The notes under the pieces are model-generated. The model had not been told where the DNA came from and ran no database searches. It saw only the letters and a program-made list of their open reading frames with translations. The position numbers were made by a program, and so were the translations under genes. From a virus (taxonomy: Duplodnaviria > Caudoviricetes), in IMG/VR virus record IMGVR_UViG_3300014039_000027, positions 16,713 to 80,712 of that record: a stretch of 64,000 nt of DNA; one strand, written 5' to 3'. Positions 62,311 to 64,000 of this stretch are shown here, one piece after another; within the stretch, counting starts at the first letter, position 1; every line of letters begins with the position of its first letter.

Positions 62311-62455
62311 GCAGGATCGCCGTCGGGGCGCTTGCACGGCACACACAGAGATCTCCTTTCTGCTGCTGTTTGGACACATCAACACCTCCATTGTTCATGT
62401 CATCTTTTCCGTGTGCCGGCAAGCCATGCGGGTTCGACTCCCGCCTCCTGCTCCA
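62311..62455 (+). ncRNA. 145-nt tRNA-like RNA with extended anticodon helix and 66-nt loop
   Basis: Acceptor GCAGGA/TCCTGC-U-CCA, mini D arm CGCC/GGCG, T arm GCGGG-TTCGACT-CCCGC, helix CTTGC-A-CGGCACAC/GTGTGCCG-GCAAG. Confidence 0.7.
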
Positions 62456-62629
62456 CCGGGCGCGACAGGCGCCCGCGGTCCAGATAGGACCTCCTTTATA
62501 GATGCCGCGGCTGTAAGAAGCGGCACCGGGTTTTGTTCATTTTCCCCGGCTCCTGTTGGAATACAGGCAGGCCAAGCGATTTCTCCTTCCGGGCGGCGCG
62601 GTCTGGGCAGCCGCGCCGTCCAACCCCCT

Positions 62630-62705
62630 GGGGGATTAGCTCAATCGGCAGAGCAGGCGGCTCATAACCGCCCGGTTCCGGGTTCAAGTCCCCGATCCCC
62701 CACCA
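62630..62705 (+). tRNA. tRNA(CAU), probably Ile2 (lysidine type); elongator Met not excluded
   Basis: GGCGG-CT CAT AA-CCGCC; acceptor GGGGGAT/ATCCCCC, A73, CCA. Confidence 0.85.
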
Positions 62706-62758
62706 GCCGCAAGGCGATAAAACATTTCAGCTATTTTAACAGAAAGGAGGCACATCCC

Positions 62759-63034
62759 ATGACCAAGAGCGAGTTCATCACCACTCTGGCAGCAGCGACC
62801 GACATGAAGAAGTCCGACGTCGAGCGCGTGATCGCCGCCGCTACCAACACCCTCACCGGCGTCATGCGTTCCGGTGACAGCGTGAATATCTCCGGCTTCG
62901 GCATCTTCACCAGCAAGGTCCGCGACGCCCACCCCGGCAAGAACCCCGCCACCGGCGAGACCATCACCATCCCCGCCAAGCGCGTGGCCATCTTCAAGCC
63001 CGCCAAGCAGCTCAAGGACGCCGTCAACAGCTGA
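62759..63034 (+). CDS. hup: HU-family DNA-binding protein
   Basis: MTKSEFI...GDSVNISGFGIF...GKNPATGETITIPAKRVAIFKPAKQLKDAVN. Confidence 0.95.
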   Translation: MTKSEFITTLAAATDMKKSDVERVIAAATNTLTGVMRSGDSVNISGFGIFTSKVRDAHPGKNPATGETITIPAKRVAIFKPAKQLKDAVNS

Positions 63035-63066
63035 CGGCGCAGGGCCGTACCCACACAAAATATCCC

Positions 63067-63108
63067 ACAGAACCAGCCGGACGGCACACCGCCCTCCGGC
63101 TTGTTTTG
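63067..63108 (+). terminator. Probable terminator after hup
   Basis: AGCCGGA-CGGCACACCGCCC-TCCGGCT followed by TGTTTT. Confidence 0.55.
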
Positions 63109-63118
63109 TAAGCCATAT

Positions 63119-63141
63119 TTCCGTTGCGTTTTGAATATCAC
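63119..63141. repeat. Third copy of the 23-nt motif found at 4348-4370
   Basis: TTCCGTTGCGTTTTGAATATCAC, exact match. Confidence 0.85.
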
Positions 63142-63196
63142 AACGCAGCTTCACAACAAAACTTGCGAAACCTCTTACGAAAAGGAGAAACACAAC

Positions 63197-64000
63197 ATGA
63201 TCTACTTCGACAATGCCGCCACCACGCCGGTCCTGGACTGCGCGTGGGAAGCTATGCAGGAAGCCCCATTTGCCAACCCCTCCAGCAGCCACGCGGAGGG
63301 CCGTGTAGCGAAAGCCGCCCTTGAGAACGCCCGCAGCACCATTGCGTCCTGTCTGAACTGCCGCCCCAGCGAGGTCTACTTCACCAGCGGCGCCACCGAA
63401 GCGTGTAATTGGATGGTTAGGTTCCTTCGTCTTTCCTCCGACGGCATTATTTACAGCGACACCGTTCATCACGCCGTCAGCGAGGCTATCCACGCCTATT
63501 CATCCCCCAACGCGCCCCGCGGCAAGCCCTCCGCCATCCTCTCCCTTGTCAACAATGAAACCGGGCAGATAAGCGATGTGTACGCTTTCCGCCGTCAGAA
63601 CCGCCTCCACCGCATCGGCATAGACGCCACCGCCGCCGTTGGCCACATCCTCGTGAACTTCCGCGCTCTGGGCGCGGACTACATGGCCTTTGGCGGCCAC
63701 AAATTCGGCGCTCCCAAGGGAATCGGCGCACTGATCGTCCGGGAGGGCTGCCCCATCTCCCCCATGATCTTCGGCGGCGCACAGGAGCGTGGTATGCGCG
63801 GCGGCACGGTCTCCGTTCCTCTGGCCGCAGCTATGGCCGCTGCCCTTGCGTGGCACACGAAAAACATGGCCGTCAACGCCATACAGATTCACAAGGTCCG
63901 CACCCAGCTCATTTTCGACCTGGCCCAGCTGGGCGTGGACCACATTGTCAACCTCAACGACGGCCACCGCCAGTTTGCCGACCACATCCTCTCCCTCCGC
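63197..64000 (+). CDS. iscS: Cysteine desulfurase (IscS/NifS family), divergent, truncated by the window end
   Basis: MIYFDNAATT, ANPSS.H..G, FTSGATEA.N, VNNETG, DA.AAVG, GHKFGAPKGIGAL, RGGT; AAAGGAG RBS. Confidence 0.9.
   Translation, partial: MIYFDNAATTPVLDCAWEAMQEAPFANPSSSHAEGRVAKAALENARSTIASCLNCRPSEVYFTSGATEACNWMVRFLRLSSDGIIYSDTVHHAVSEAIHAYSSPNAPRGKPSAILSLVNNETGQISDVYAFRRQNRLHRIGIDATAAVGHILVNFRALGADYMAFGGHKFGAPKGIGALIVREGCPISPMIFGGAQERGMRGGTVSVPLAAAMAAALAWHTKNMAVNAIQIHKVRTQLIFDLAQLGVDHIVNLNDGHRQFADHILSLR

Larger units (their letters stand above)
1..64000. mobile_element. Large temperate tailed phage genome (partial), apparently in excised/attP configuration
   Basis: Continuous phage gene content: capsid, portal, terminase, tail, DnaB/SSB/RecT/YqaJ, cI/cro, integrase. 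Phage-type genes lie on both sides of the att core and no host housekeeping operon is seen. Confidence 0.9.

Noticed and set aside
62228-62422. Minus-strand 64-aa ORF over the tRNA-like RNA
   Set aside because: Antisense to a tRNA cluster, with no coherent protein features; the RNA fold explains the sequence better
62311-62455. Canonical tmRNA (ssrA)
   Set aside because: Too short, no G3.U70 alanine identity, no pseudoknots or tag reading frame evident
1-64000. Many long antisense or alternate-frame ORFs in the ORF track (e.g. 1188-2297, 5143-6636, 10530-11762, 12346-13716, 15986-17866, 32708-34336, 53422-54471, 55116-56387)
   Set aside because: Shadow ORFs of GC-rich coding genes: no RBS, low-information His/Arg/Gly-rich translations, complete overlap with well-supported genes
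1-64000. CRISPR array or DGR (reverse transcriptase, TR/VR pair)
   Set aside because: No regularly spaced repeat-spacer array, RT gene or adenine-specific mismatch repeat pair was seen by eye

Overview
The whole window reads as part of one large, GC-rich temperate tailed-phage genome. The host is probably a spore-forming Clostridia member of the gut Oscillospiraceae type; this is inferred from gene content, not established. Layout: minus-strand tail/head/portal/terminase module (1-20.4 kb, loosely SPbeta-like order); minus-strand accessory, methyltransferase, replication and recombination genes (20.5-39.2 kb); cro/cI switch and tyrosine integrase (39-42 kb); an apparently intact attP (tRNA 3' core flanked on both sides by arm-type repeats, about 42.0-42.2 kb), so the phage continues to the right; a second minus-strand arm with nucleotide/DNA-modification genes (42.3-50.1 kb); a largely non-coding candidate packaging/terminus region (50.2-51.2 kb); a plus-strand early, anti-defence-like region (52.8-61.2 kb); a tRNA/ncRNA cluster (61.3-62.7 kb); HU; and a cysteine desulfurase running off the end. 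Most notable observations: (1) a tRNA-punctuated array of structured RNAs, including a 145-nt tRNA-like RNA whose anticodon arm is a long helix capped by a 66-nt loop with anti-Shine-Dalgarno motifs; (2) 34 same-strand GAACAG motifs in 5.7 kb of the early region; (3) a host-type parS site plus a Spo0A-like protein and an ECF-like sigma factor; (4) a complex C5 methyltransferase locus with a poly-G frameshift, a nested alternative-frame beta-subunit-like ORF, a TRD array and an in-frame non-intein HNH insert; (5) a terminase large subunit split by a probable 7-nt insertion. All protein family calls come from motif recognition by eye; no database searches were run.
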